A stretch of DNA of 64,000 bases from Eubacteriales bacterium (GTDB lineage: Bacteria; Bacillota; Clostridia; Oscillospirales; CAG-272), in NCBI GenBank assembly GCA_045541735.1, contig JAZQJQ010000138.1, forward strand, positions 11,034 through 75,033, in the 5' to 3' direction. The notes below the pieces were generated by a model. The model did not search any database. It was not told where the DNA came from and saw only the letters and a list, made by a program, of their open reading frames with translations. The position numbers and the translations under genes were made by a program. Positions within the stretch are counted from its first letter, which is position 1, and each line of letters begins with the position of its first letter. Of this stretch, positions 27,736 through 36,494 are shown in pieces.

Positions 27736-27811
27736 TGGTCTGAGTGACAAGACTTGAACTTGCGGCCTCTACCACCCCAAGGTAGCGCGCTACCAGCTGC
27801 GCCACACCCAG
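27736..27811 (-). tRNA. tRNA-Pro (anticodon GGG), CCA encoded
   Basis: Minus strand CTGGGTG-TGGCGCAGCTGGTAGCGCG-CTACC-TTGGGGT-GGTAG-AGGCC-GCAAGTTCAAGTCTTGT-CACTCAG-A-CCA. 7-bp acceptor stem with the C1:G72 pair typical of bacterial tRNA-Pro. Anticodon loop TTGGGGT. T-loop GTTCAAGTC. Confidence 0.9.
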
Positions 27812-27902
27812 ACGCGCGTTCGTTTTGAAAGGCTATACCTACCGAGAAAGGCACGGCGGCTTCCATCAGGAAAACCAGTCAACTCGTTTTGGCGCGAGAT
27901 TG

Positions 27903-27931
27903 ATTATAGCACAGCAAGCCGGGGATGTCAA
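27903..27931 (-). promoter_or_regulatory. Consensus sigma-A promoter for tRNA-Pro
   Basis: Minus strand TTGACA (27931-27926) - 17 nt - TATAAT (27908-27903). Confidence 0.55.
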
Positions 27932-27990
27932 GGCTTTTTGGAAAATATTCTAAAAAAGTTTTTATGTCGAAACAAGGAATATTTAATAAG

Positions 27991-28692
27991 TCAACCAAGG
28001 AAGAATTTTTTGCGCAAGGATTCCTTTAACGGCTTTACGATACCTATAACGATCAACAACATACCAATGACAAACAGCGACGCAAAGGAACAAGCAGACC
28101 AAAAAACGGGCGACACGATCCCAAAGGTGACCCAGATCAAAAACTCAATAAGCACTGTCCACAGTCCGAGAGCTATGGTAGCTCCTCCAAAAATAAACAG
28201 ATATCCTCTCCGAATATAGCAGCAAAGCGAAACAACAGCGCAGCATATCATGCCGAAAGCGCCTGCAACGGGAAAGGCAAAAGAGAGAAACCAATTCCCT
28301 CCCGCCTGCTCAAGGTCTATATACAAGAGATACAGCAATATAGCCGCAAAATCACTGCCGACAAAAATAATCGGCGGTGCATGTTTGAACCAGCAAGGTA
28401 AAATAAGAATAATGTACCCAAGCAGCACACCGCCCGCAACAAGACCGGACCACGTTACGGTCGCATGCCACGCAAGCTCGAATATCACAGGCAAAACAAA
28501 GGGTATAAACCAAAGTATGCTGATAACGAACAGCAGTCCTCGTCTGTTATATTCCTCGGACTGAAATTCCTTATTGGGATAGGTAGGCTGCGCATCAGAC
28601 TGAGGCAGATCTGGGTGATATGCCCTTGTGTTGCAAACGGGGCAGAGCTTCTGCCCTTCCGACAGCTTTATACCGCAATTTACGCAATACAT
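27991..28692 (-). CDS. Zinc-ribbon domain protein with about 6 TM helices
   Basis: N-terminus MYCVNCGIKLSEGQKLCPVCNTR (CxxC...CxxC), then hydrophobic helices to the C-terminus. Confidence 0.6.
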   Translation of the reverse strand: MYCVNCGIKLSEGQKLCPVCNTRAYHPDLPQSDAQPTYPNKEFQSEEYNRRGLLFVISILWFIPFVLPVIFELAWHATVTWSGLVAGGVLLGYIILILPCWFKHAPPIIFVGSDFAAILLYLLYIDLEQAGGNWFLSFAFPVAGAFGMICCAVVSLCCYIRRGYLFIFGGATIALGLWTVLIEFLIWVTFGIVSPVFWSACSFASLFVIGMLLIVIGIVKPLKESLRKKFFLG

Positions 28693-28694
28693 AA

Positions 28695-30929
28695 TTACTC
28701 CCCTCCCCTTGTGTTACTTTCCGCTGTCGGCATAATGCCGAGCTCACGGAGTGCTTGGTATATTTCGTATTCAAGAACGGGCTCCGCAATATTACGGATA
28801 ATATTGAGTACGAGCTTTCCGTTATACGTTATTGCAGAGGTATTATACGGAGCGCTTGACTGTGAACCTAGCACAAAATCTAGTCTGTCCACGTAGCGCG
28901 CAAACTCATCGGGCATTTTTACGGCACCAAGATTAGAAAAGCTGAAGCAGGACTTTCGTTCGCCTACTGCATTGAATATCATCTTCATTACTATATCTTT
29001 TATAAAAAGCGGAACGAGCTTCATTGCAAGCGGCTTTTCGCTGTTTACGTTGGTAGCTATCATTGCCGCCATATTTTTTTCCGTTATCTGCAGTTTTAAC
29101 TGATGGTGCACTATCTCGCATATCTCATCAAATCCGTATTTGCCAAGCCGCGGATCAATTCCCGGTGTAGCGTACAACACGAAATTACGAAGCGAACGTG
29201 AAGGAAATATCTTACGCAAATTAACGGGAACACACACCTTGATCGGCAGATGTTTCTTTTTATTTAACACGCGTTTTTCCTGCACGCGCGCTGCCGCACT
29301 TATAAGAACTGAAGTAAGATAAGCCGTAACGGTCACACCGCGCTTTTTCGCCTCGTTCTTTACCGTTTCGGCATCAAGAATGAAACTTGTGTTCGTGCGG
29401 AACCCATCGACTTCGCGTTTACCTTTAATACGGAACGAGTTTGTGTCTGCCCGGGATGCGGGAGTGGGTCCGGCATATTTTTGAAAACTGTCCTCAAGCT
29501 CGGCTTCAGCCGGTTTTTCGAGGCGGTCAAGTACTCCGTTTCCTATAGGTACCTTTACACCGTGTTTCTGATAAAGATATTCGCTGACCAGCGTCTTTAA
29601 GAACACAAGTCCGCCGTTACCGTCTGTAAGTGCGTGGAAGAACTCGACTGCGATCCTTTTTTCATATACGATAACGCGGAAAGCACATTTGCTGATATCG
29701 TCAAACGGCATACGAGAAAGTGGGTACGGCTTTTCTTCAAGTATATCAGGCGCGCGGGGCACTTCCTCCAGATAATACCAAAACAGTCCGCGTCTTACGC
29801 GCATTGCAATTGAGGGGAAACGCCTTACTGTAACGTCGAGCGCGATCTTTAATACAGAAACGTCCACCTCCTCGCCAAGCGTTGCAGAGAGGCGGAAAAG
29901 ATTGCTCCAGTTGCGGCTCATTGACGCGGGAAATATTTTAGCCGCGTTATCGAGCGCAAGCCAGCGGAGCTTTTTTTGGCTGCTGATGTGCTTCTTTATA
30001 AAGTCGGATATCTTATCGAAATCCGATTCAAATTCCTTCAGACAGTATAGCACATAGCCGTGCCACATTCCCGGAGCCACAACAAGCTCGCTCTCCGCGC
30101 CGCTCCCAAGCAGCCGCTCGTGCATATTTGCGGCATCGTCAAGCATTATCTCGTCACTGCCTACAAAGATAAGAGACGGAGGCATATCGGAAAGGTCCGC
30201 AAACAGCGGGGACAAACGAGGATTGCTTTTTGTTATTCTATCGTTCTCCGCATCGTCATTTACACGGGGAAACACGTTCTTTCCGTCGGTTACCGAGCCG
30301 TACGCATAGCAGTCCGCAAAATACTTTAAACGCTCCGGCGTCATCGAAACGTCGTTTTTCAGATTCTGGATGTAAGAATTGCCGGATAGGGTGAGATCCG
30401 TCCACGGAGAGATCGCAATTATACCCGCAGGCATACTTCTTCCCTTTTCCTTCAATTTATCGCAAAGCGCGTAGCAAAGTCCTCCGCCCGCGCTCTCTCC
30501 GCATATCATTATTTGGGAAGCTTCGTAACCGCTTGAAAGCAAATATCCGTACGCATCGAGGCAGTCCTCAAGAGCAGTGGGGAAAGGATACTCCGGTGCA
30601 AGGCGGTAGGCACAGCAAAACACCTTGATGCCGCATTTTGCCGCAAGCACACTTCCAAATCCCTTAGCATAAGCAAGATTACCGCATATATATCCACCTC
30701 CGTGTAGGTATAGGATTACCCCCGCGGAAAGCTCGTCGATCGGAGTTATCATAGAGCACTCCATATTCGCAACACGGAAGTCCTCGTACTCCACCTCGCT
30801 TTTTTGAAAGCTTGCAAGCAGCGCACCGATGGCATCCTGCCCCTTGCGTACTGCGGAAAGGGAGCTTTTTTCAATGATCGGCTTGAATATACTCATCTGC
30901 GTGCGTATAAGCTTTTTTACGTAACGCAT
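28695..30929 (-). CDS. Fusion: HSL-type alpha/beta hydrolase (esterase/lipase) plus condensation/alcohol-acyltransferase-like domain
   Basis: N-terminal half: HGGGY oxyanion motif, GESAGG nucleophile elbow, downstream Asp and His (MWHGY). C-terminal half: FHALTDGNGG (HxxxDG acyltransferase motif) in an approx 410-aa domain. Confidence 0.75.
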   Translation of the reverse strand: MRYVKKLIRTQMSIFKPIIEKSSLSAVRKGQDAIGALLASFQKSEVEYEDFRVANMECSMITPIDELSAGVILYLHGGGYICGNLAYAKGFGSVLAAKCGIKVFCCAYRLAPEYPFPTALEDCLDAYGYLLSSGYEASQIMICGESAGGGLCYALCDKLKEKGRSMPAGIIAISPWTDLTLSGNSYIQNLKNDVSMTPERLKYFADCYAYGSVTDGKNVFPRVNDDAENDRITKSNPRLSPLFADLSDMPPSLIFVGSDEIMLDDAANMHERLLGSGAESELVVAPGMWHGYVLYCLKEFESDFDKISDFIKKHISSQKKLRWLALDNAAKIFPASMSRNWSNLFRLSATLGEEVDVSVLKIALDVTVRRFPSIAMRVRRGLFWYYLEEVPRAPDILEEKPYPLSRMPFDDISKCAFRVIVYEKRIAVEFFHALTDGNGGLVFLKTLVSEYLYQKHGVKVPIGNGVLDRLEKPAEAELEDSFQKYAGPTPASRADTNSFRIKGKREVDGFRTNTSFILDAETVKNEAKKRGVTVTAYLTSVLISAAARVQEKRVLNKKKHLPIKVCVPVNLRKIFPSRSLRNFVLYATPGIDPRLGKYGFDEICEIVHHQLKLQITEKNMAAMIATNVNSEKPLAMKLVPLFIKDIVMKMIFNAVGERKSCFSFSNLGAVKMPDEFARYVDRLDFVLGSQSSAPYNTSAITYNGKLVLNIIRNIAEPVLEYEIYQALRELGIMPTAESNTRGGE

Positions 30930-33478
30930 ATTCCCTCTCCTTTCCGGTTGTTCGGTATGTAATGGTTATTAAAAGTATACCACGAGAGGTAGTAAAATGC
31001 AACATAAAAATAGCCTATGCCGACACGCTCGATGTCTTCCGCTTTGGGTTTCTTTATTTTCGTTTTGTAAAACTGTTCCCTAAGAGCCTCATTTTCTGCC
31101 TTGAGCCGAATGTTTTCAAGGTTAAGCGCTTCGATGTCCTCGGAAGGCAGGATAACATCCGTATCCTCTGCGGAGTACAGAATATCCGAAGCAAGCACGC
31201 CAGCGGGTCTTGTGTCGTGTCCGAAATGTCGTAAAACGCCAGCGGGTAATATTTCAGGGAAATAGCTATTGACAAGAGAAAGCAAATCTGCTACACTGAT
31301 TTTAGAATCGGTAACGGATTGCGGGTTTCCCGTAGAACCGGGCGCATTTTGCGCAGCCGATTCTTTTTTTGCGTTTGCAGCATAAAGCACATCCATAGAC
31401 ACAAGCTCATTGTCAAAGCTGTTTACCACAAAACGCACTATGTACGCGTCCCCGTTTGTTTCCTGTGCCAAACCAACAAGGACATATGCTTTTTTTACAT
31501 CTTCGCGTTTTGGGTTGATTTCGTTTACCCTTACTGCGTTTTTAAGTATTTCTCCAACCTTTGGAACAACAACATAGTTCGGAGATGCGAAATTATTAGA
31601 TCTTGCAAGGCCGTGTCTTATTCCGTCCGCGCCAACAACAATATTACGTCCCACATCGTTGTTGTGTACGCTCGTTGTACCGTTCTCGCTAACCGTACCA
31701 ACGTCTGCCACGTTTTGCTTTCCTCTTAGGATTGCATCTTGTCTGCTGGTCGGTATACTCCCGTCAAGCTGAGTGATTTCCATATCGGGCTTACTTGCGA
31801 AATACTCGTAAGTGTACTTGCCAGGCAGGATAACATCCGTATCCTCTGCGGAGTAATACATATTATTGTCTCGCCTGTCGTAGGTACCTACATTATCCAC
31901 AGACTTTATTTGTGTAGGCTTGAACACTACAGTTTCTGTCGGAACAACAATACCATCAAACTTCGTTCCGTTAACCTTGTTGAATAGCTCCGATGCTTCT
32001 ACCATATCTCCGATCGCCGTTGCATTTATGTCAGTTATTACGGCAAAAGCATCGCGGCTTGTTATTCCTTTGAGAATTTCGTTCACATCATATGTGCCGT
32101 AATTCTCGATGGAATAATCCTCATTTTCTGCTACAGCTTCGAGGAACTTTCTTATCTGTTTTTCAGTAACAGTTGCAGACCCCTCTGACAGCGGATTCTT
32201 AACGTCAAGATAAACTGCATAAAGATTGCCATACTGCTTTGCATGGGTATCGCTGTCGGTAAAGTAAAAGCCCTTTCCGTAAAGTCCTGAGCTCTTTGCC
32301 TTTTTCTTATCGAATGCATAGAACTGATAAGGACTGCCGTGGTACATCACCTTTGGTGTTCCGTCCATATTTACGATCTTGCTTGCTTTTTGGGGAGAAT
32401 TCTGCCAATCGCCAAACCAACGCGTGAATTGTAACGATTTTGTTACATCGTCAACTAACATATTGACTTTTTCGGGGAACGGTCTTATAATAGTACCGGA
32501 AGCTGCCAATGTTTCTGTCAAACGTTTGGGGAATTGGACCCCTTCCGATGATAGGTTGGTTGCTTCTTTTTTTGCATAATATATGTTGTTATCTCCGGTG
32601 CTGGTCTGCGCGATCGCCTCATCGACCAATGCTTTTACGTTTTTGTCGTACGCAGAAGAGAGAACATTAACATCTATTCTGCTGCCTCCCACTTGCCTAA
32701 CCGTGCTTATTTCAACAGGCAATACAAGATGTTTTTCCGTTGTCCCGACATCAACTATAGCAACAACGCTGTGAGCGCTTCTCGTGGTTTTTGTCGGGTC
32801 TTCGCTTGCGGGCACATCCTTGGCCGCAATTATCATTAACGGGTCGGCCAAAGCTTCATAAAGCTTTTTCACCCTTGTATCTCCCATTCCGTGATAATGC
32901 ATTTTAGAGTTGTATCTACCCGCTTTTTTTGCGTCAGCTTCGGTTGTTGCGATAGAGTACACGTGTCCTGCGCCTATTGTGAACGGGAGACTTGGCATTC
33001 CAAGTTTGCGGAACAATTCGGGAGTGTAACCAAGCAACACAGCAGGATCGCCTTTGTATGTATTTGCCAAAATATCATCGACAGTTTTTTCGTATTCTGC
33101 TGTTATCTCTTTTTGTACCGCTTCGACACGTTCTTTGCTTCCGGGTAACATAACATCCGTTTCGCTCGCGCTATACATCCTCCCACCCTTTACCTCTGAG
33201 TCGTAAAGGTCCGAAACGAGCTCGACCATCTCGTCCTCCTCTGCGGGGGTGTTTTTTGTTTCTGTTGGTGTTTCCGCTTCGGAATCAGTTGGTTTTGTTT
33301 TGTTACCAACTGCATCGTTTTTCTCGGGCTTTGCGGTCTGCTCGGTTTCCTCGGCAAGCTCGGCTTCAAGCTTCGCATCAAGCTCCGCGCCGATCGCGGT
33401 TTCTTTCTTCGCTTCCTTCTTGCTTTCGGTCTTGCTTTCCTTCGCGGTCTTGACATCGCCCTTCGTTTCCTCGATCAA
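30917..33478 (-). CDS. Polyvalent-protein-like multidomain protein (nuclease-like module / ART-PolyVal-like ADP-ribosyltransferase module / second nuclease-like module); probably a fragment, start uncertain
   Basis: Central FTRWFGDWQNS...KVMYHGSPYQFYAFD...GLYGKGFYFTDSDTHAKQYG..YAVYLDVKNPL resembles ART domains of phage/ICE polyvalent proteins (from memory). The track start is a TTG with no SD and the frame is open upstream to 33559. The first ATG with a good SD (gaggagga) is at 33229. The C-terminal 30 aa look like read-through into flanking DNA. Confidence 0.6.
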   Translation of the reverse strand: MIEETKGDVKTAKESKTESKKEAKKETAIGAELDAKLEAELAEETEQTAKPEKNDAVGNKTKPTDSEAETPTETKNTPAEEDEMVELVSDLYDSEVKGGRMYSASETDVMLPGSKERVEAVQKEITAEYEKTVDDILANTYKGDPAVLLGYTPELFRKLGMPSLPFTIGAGHVYSIATTEADAKKAGRYNSKMHYHGMGDTRVKKLYEALADPLMIIAAKDVPASEDPTKTTRSAHSVVAIVDVGTTEKHLVLPVEISTVRQVGGSRIDVNVLSSAYDKNVKALVDEAIAQTSTGDNNIYYAKKEATNLSSEGVQFPKRLTETLAASGTIIRPFPEKVNMLVDDVTKSLQFTRWFGDWQNSPQKASKIVNMDGTPKVMYHGSPYQFYAFDKKKAKSSGLYGKGFYFTDSDTHAKQYGNLYAVYLDVKNPLSEGSATVTEKQIRKFLEAVAENEDYSIENYGTYDVNEILKGITSRDAFAVITDINATAIGDMVEASELFNKVNGTKFDGIVVPTETVVFKPTQIKSVDNVGTYDRRDNNMYYSAEDTDVILPGKYTYEYFASKPDMEITQLDGSIPTSRQDAILRGKQNVADVGTVSENGTTSVHNNDVGRNIVVGADGIRHGLARSNNFASPNYVVVPKVGEILKNAVRVNEINPKREDVKKAYVLVGLAQETNGDAYIVRFVVNSFDNELVSMDVLYAANAKKESAAQNAPGSTGNPQSVTDSKISVADLLSLVNSYFPEILPAGVLRHFGHDTRPAGVLASDILYSAEDTDVILPSEDIEALNLENIRLKAENEALREQFYKTKIKKPKAEDIERVGIGYFYVAFYYLSWYTFNNHYIPNNRKGEGICVT

Positions 33479-33523
33479 ATGCTCAAGGTTTTCGCGGAAG
33501 GTGGTCAGCTTGCCCGAAACAAT

Positions 33524-33551
33524 AAGGCTCTCGCGTATTCGCGAGAGCCTT
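33524..33551 (-). terminator. Hairpin after aroK
   Basis: aaggctctcgcg / cgcgagagcctt, perfect 12-bp stem with 4-nt loop. Weak U tract. Confidence 0.45.
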
Positions 33552-33562
33552 TCTGCTTTTTA

Positions 33563-34051
33563 TTAAAGTACCGCTACAATCTTACCCACGTTTTCGGTAA
33601 GAGATGCGTTGCAGACGTGGACGGTGATATCCGCATATTTTTCGTAAAGCGGCCTTCTTTGGGCGTACATATCCGCAAGAGTGCCGCCGCCGGGCATTAC
33701 CACTCCGCGGTGAGAATAGTCCCCAAGGCGCGAGAGCATCTCGTCATACGAAAGCTCAAGATATACAATTTTACCGAGCTTTTCCAGGTTTTGCATCGCC
33801 TTTTCTCCGTATATTACACTTCCGCCCGTGGCGATAACGGCGTTTGTTTCCGTAATCGAGGCGTTTACACGCTCCTCGATTTTAATAAATTCATTAACGC
33901 CGGCATCTGCAATTATTTCGTGCAAAAGCTTGCCTTCACTCTCCTGGATCAGTAGGTCGGAATCTATAAAACGGTAACCAAGCTGTTTTGCAAGCAGTAC
34001 GCCGAGGGTGCTTTTGCCGCATGACGGCATACCGATAAGTATTACTGACAT
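33563..34051 (-). CDS. aroK: Shikimate kinase
   Basis: ILIGMPSCGKSTLG P-loop, DSDLLIQ, 162 aa. Confidence 0.85.
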   Translation of the reverse strand: MSVILIGMPSCGKSTLGVLLAKQLGYRFIDSDLLIQESEGKLLHEIIADAGVNEFIKIEERVNASITETNAVIATGGSVIYGEKAMQNLEKLGKIVYLELSYDEMLSRLGDYSHRGVVMPGGGTLADMYAQRRPLYEKYADITVHVCNASLTENVGKIVAVL

Positions 34052-34156
34052 TTTGATCTCCTATATTAGGCGTGACGTCGAGGTATAGAACACCGTAAGG
34101 GATGATAGCGCGAAGCGGCACCGTCCCGGCGGTGTTGGAAACTCCGTCAACTACAA

Positions 34157-34648
34157 TTATTTTACTTCTTTTATCTCGCCTATAAGAGCAGCAAGATCGC
34201 TAACGGTTAAGTAGGCAAGATTCATGTTTTTTACTCTGTTTTCATAGGTAAGTTCCTTACCGAACCAGCTGGGAGGCGCGAAATCTTTTGCATCCTCCTC
34301 GCTTGCGAACTCCACCTCAACGGCACAAAAACCTTCAAGCTCTCCGTGATATTCGTCAAGCTCCGCTATAAGGCCGTTATCGAGTGGGATCTCCGTTCTC
34401 GTCTTTGTGATAACACGGCAGGACGTAACAAAAGCGCAAAGATCTTCATATTCCTCGGCTGATATCCTTATCTCGGTCTCCGCGCGGGAAAGATCGCCTT
34501 CGCCTTTGAAGGTGATATAAAACTTATCCCCTTTCCTTCGAATGCGTATCTCGGGATCGCGGCATATGTAACCTTGCTCTATTATTTGACTTACAAATCC
34601 GTCTGTCTGCGGCAACGACGCTACTAAAAACTTTCTTTCAATTTCCAT
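34157..34648 (-). CDS. CYTH-domain protein (triphosphatase / class IV adenylyl cyclase family)
   Basis: MEIERKFLV signature start and acidic beta-barrel motifs. Confidence 0.8.
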   Translation of the reverse strand: MEIERKFLVASLPQTDGFVSQIIEQGYICRDPEIRIRRKGDKFYITFKGEGDLSRAETEIRISAEEYEDLCAFVTSCRVITKTRTEIPLDNGLIAELDEYHGELEGFCAVEVEFASEEDAKDFAPPSWFGKELTYENRVKNMNLAYLTVSDLAALIGEIKEVK

Positions 34649-34834
34649 TTTGCAAGTTCCTTATCAAAAATCCTCTCCTTGCCGAAAAGTAACGCTCCGT
34701 TCGAACAAGGGGGTACTTGTAATTTCTATACAATTATATCACGCGCGCACGTGGTTGTCAACGCGCGCACAGTTATGGCTTTTACGGAAATACTGATTTT
34801 TGCAATTTTATTTGAAACAAAATTGCACAAGTAC

Positions 34835-34863
34835 TTGACAACATATCACGTGGGTAGTATAAT
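34835..34863 (+). promoter_or_regulatory. Consensus sigma-A promoter
   Basis: TTGACA (34835-34840) - 17 nt - TATAAT (34858-34863). Confidence 0.6.
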
Positions 34864-34894
34864 ATCAGAGTATTTTAATATGGAGGAGAAGGTT

Positions 34895-35131
34895 ATGTAT
34901 TTCGGCAATTATTCAAACCGTAATACCAAAGATGCAAATCGCTTTGCACCTTCTTCTTTCTCTGCGCTTATGAGCCTTTCTGCAGACATTGCCGATGCAA
35001 TGTCTGTTTTGTTTATCTGCGCTATTATTGCGATAATTATGATTTCCGTTCCCCTTGCGATAATTATTTCCGCAATAATTATTCCCGTCATTATGATTTG
35101 CAAAAACCGCGCACTGCCAAGCAAACGGTGA
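34895..35131 (+). CDS. Small hydrophobic protein (78 aa), Ile-rich double-TM
   Basis: SD ggaggagaagg 4 nt upstream of ATG 34895, about 30 nt after the consensus promoter. The longer track ORF (34679) spans the promoter and is rejected. Confidence 0.45.
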   Translation: MYFGNYSNRNTKDANRFAPSSFSALMSLSADIADAMSVLFICAIIAIIMISVPLAIIISAIIIPVIMICKNRALPSKR

Positions 35132-35212
35132 CTTACCGACACGGTCGAAAATGTGAGTTGACGGTTTTGCTTTGGCAAGACCGTTTTAGTTTTATTAGCC
35201 AAAGGAGAAGAT

Positions 35213-36493
35213 ATGGCAAATACCAAAATTGAAACAAAATGTGTGCAGGGCGGTTACGTTCCCGGAAACGGCGAGCCCCGTCAGGTACCAATTATTCAAA
35301 GCACGACATTTAAATACGATACGAGCGAGGATATGGCAAAGCTTTTTGATCTGGAGGCAAGCGGATATTTTTACTCTCGCCTGCAGAACCCGACAAATGA
35401 CTATGCAGCAGCAAAAATATGCGAACTTGAGGGCGGAAGCGCTGCTATGCTTACCTCCTCAGGTCAGGCGGCAAGCTTCTATTCTGTTTTCAACATTGCC
35501 TCTTGCGGAGACCATGTTGTTGCCTCCTCCTGCATCTACGGGGGAACGTACAACCTTTTCGCCGTTACTATGAAACGTATGGGAATCGAATTCACGTTCA
35601 TTTCCCCCGAATGCACCGATGAAGAATTCAACGCTGCGTTCCGTGAGAACACAAAGGCTGTCTTTGCAGAAACTATCGCAAATCCGGCGCTTACCGTTCT
35701 TGATATCGAGAGATTCGCCGAGATGGCTCACAACCACGGCGTTCCGCTTATCGTTGATAACACCTTTGCAACTCCCGTAAACTGCAGACCTATTGAGTGG
35801 GGTGCGGATATCGTTATCCACTCCACAACAAAGTATATGGACGGCCACGCCTCCGGCGTCGGCGGTTGCATCGTTGATTCAGGCAAATTTGATTGGACAA
35901 GATATCCCGATAAATTTCCCGGACTCTGTACACCGGACGCAAGCTATCACGGCGTTACCTACACGGAGCGCTTCGGTCTTGAGGGCGCTTACATAACAAA
36001 AGCAACCGCTCAGCTAATGCGCGACCTCGGCTCAATTCAATCCCCTCAGAACGCATTTATCCTTAACCTCGGTCTTGAGAGCCTTCACGTAAGAATGAAG
36101 CGCCATTGCGAGAACGCTCAGGCAGTTGCTGAATTCCTCGAAGCGCATGATAAGATCGCAAGCGTTAACTACTGCGGACTTGAGAGCAGCAAGTATAACG
36201 CTCTTGCCAAGAAATATCTTCCTAACGGCTCCTGCGGTGTTGTTACCTTTGAGATCAAGGGAACACGCGCTGATGCAGAGAAGTTCATGAAAAAGCTTCG
36301 CATCGGAATTATCGCAACGCACGTTGCCGATGCTCACACATGCGTTCTTCACCCGGCGAGCGCAACTCACCGTCAAATGTCTGACAGCGAGCTCGCAAGC
36401 TGTGGTATCTCTCCTAACACAATACGCTTCTCCTGCGGACTTGAAAACGCAGACGATATTATTGCAGATCTGAAGCAAGCCTTGGAGGACTGA
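35213..36493 (+). CDS. metY: O-acetylhomoserine sulfhydrylase (aminocarboxypropyltransferase), PLP-dependent
   Basis: [13 protein letters not shown]-lysine motif and full-length resemblance to MetY/CysD family proteins. Confidence 0.9.
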   Translation: MANTKIETKCVQGGYVPGNGEPRQVPIIQSTTFKYDTSEDMAKLFDLEASGYFYSRLQNPTNDYAAAKICELEGGSAAMLTSSGQAASFYSVFNIASCGDHVVASSCIYGGTYNLFAVTMKRMGIEFTFISPECTDEEFNAAFRENTKAVFAETIANPALTVLDIERFAEMAHNHGVPLIVDNTFATPVNCRPIEWGADIVIHSTTKYMDGHASGVGGCIVDSGKFDWTRYPDKFPGLCTPDASYHGVTYTERFGLEGAYITKATAQLMRDLGSIQSPQNAFILNLGLESLHVRMKRHCENAQAVAEFLEAHDKIASVNYCGLESSKYNALAKKYLPNGSCGVVTFEIKGTRADAEKFMKKLRIGIIATHVADAHTCVLHPASATHRQMSDSELASCGISPNTIRFSCGLENADDIIADLKQALED

Positions 36494-36494
36494 G

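Noticed and set aside
27550-27747. 65-aa ORF between the small-gene terminator and tRNA-Pro.
   Set aside because: It runs through the tRNA terminator hairpin into the tRNA 3' end, lacks an SD, and is Lys/Pro-rich and low-complexity. The region contains short direct repeats (atgtggtcaa twice, aaaaagcccg twice) and is more likely non-coding element debris.
25916-33478. An intact integrative element, prophage or ICE inserted at tRNA-Pro.
   Set aside because: No integrase, recombinase, excisionase, transfer or capsid genes. I found no direct repeat of the tRNA 3' end. Only remnants are supported (the AT-rich islet and the polyvalent fragment).
34052-34156. GC-rich structured-looking spacer between the CYTH gene and aroK, as a possible regulatory RNA.
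   Set aside because: It has only short 5-bp stems and no U-run, and I recognise no riboswitch consensus. The evidence is insufficient.
34679-35131. 150-aa version of the ORF given in the track.
   Set aside because: Its 5' part spans a consensus promoter and has no SD. The internal ATG at 34895 has a strong SD and lies just downstream of the promoter.
34649-35212. S-box (SAM) or Met T-box riboswitch expected upstream of metY-metA.
   Set aside because: I could not find SAM-I conserved helices or a T-box motif (xGGUGGxACCGCG) in this interval. Only a promoter, a small ORF and a weak 5-bp hairpin are present. A covariance-model scan would be decisive.
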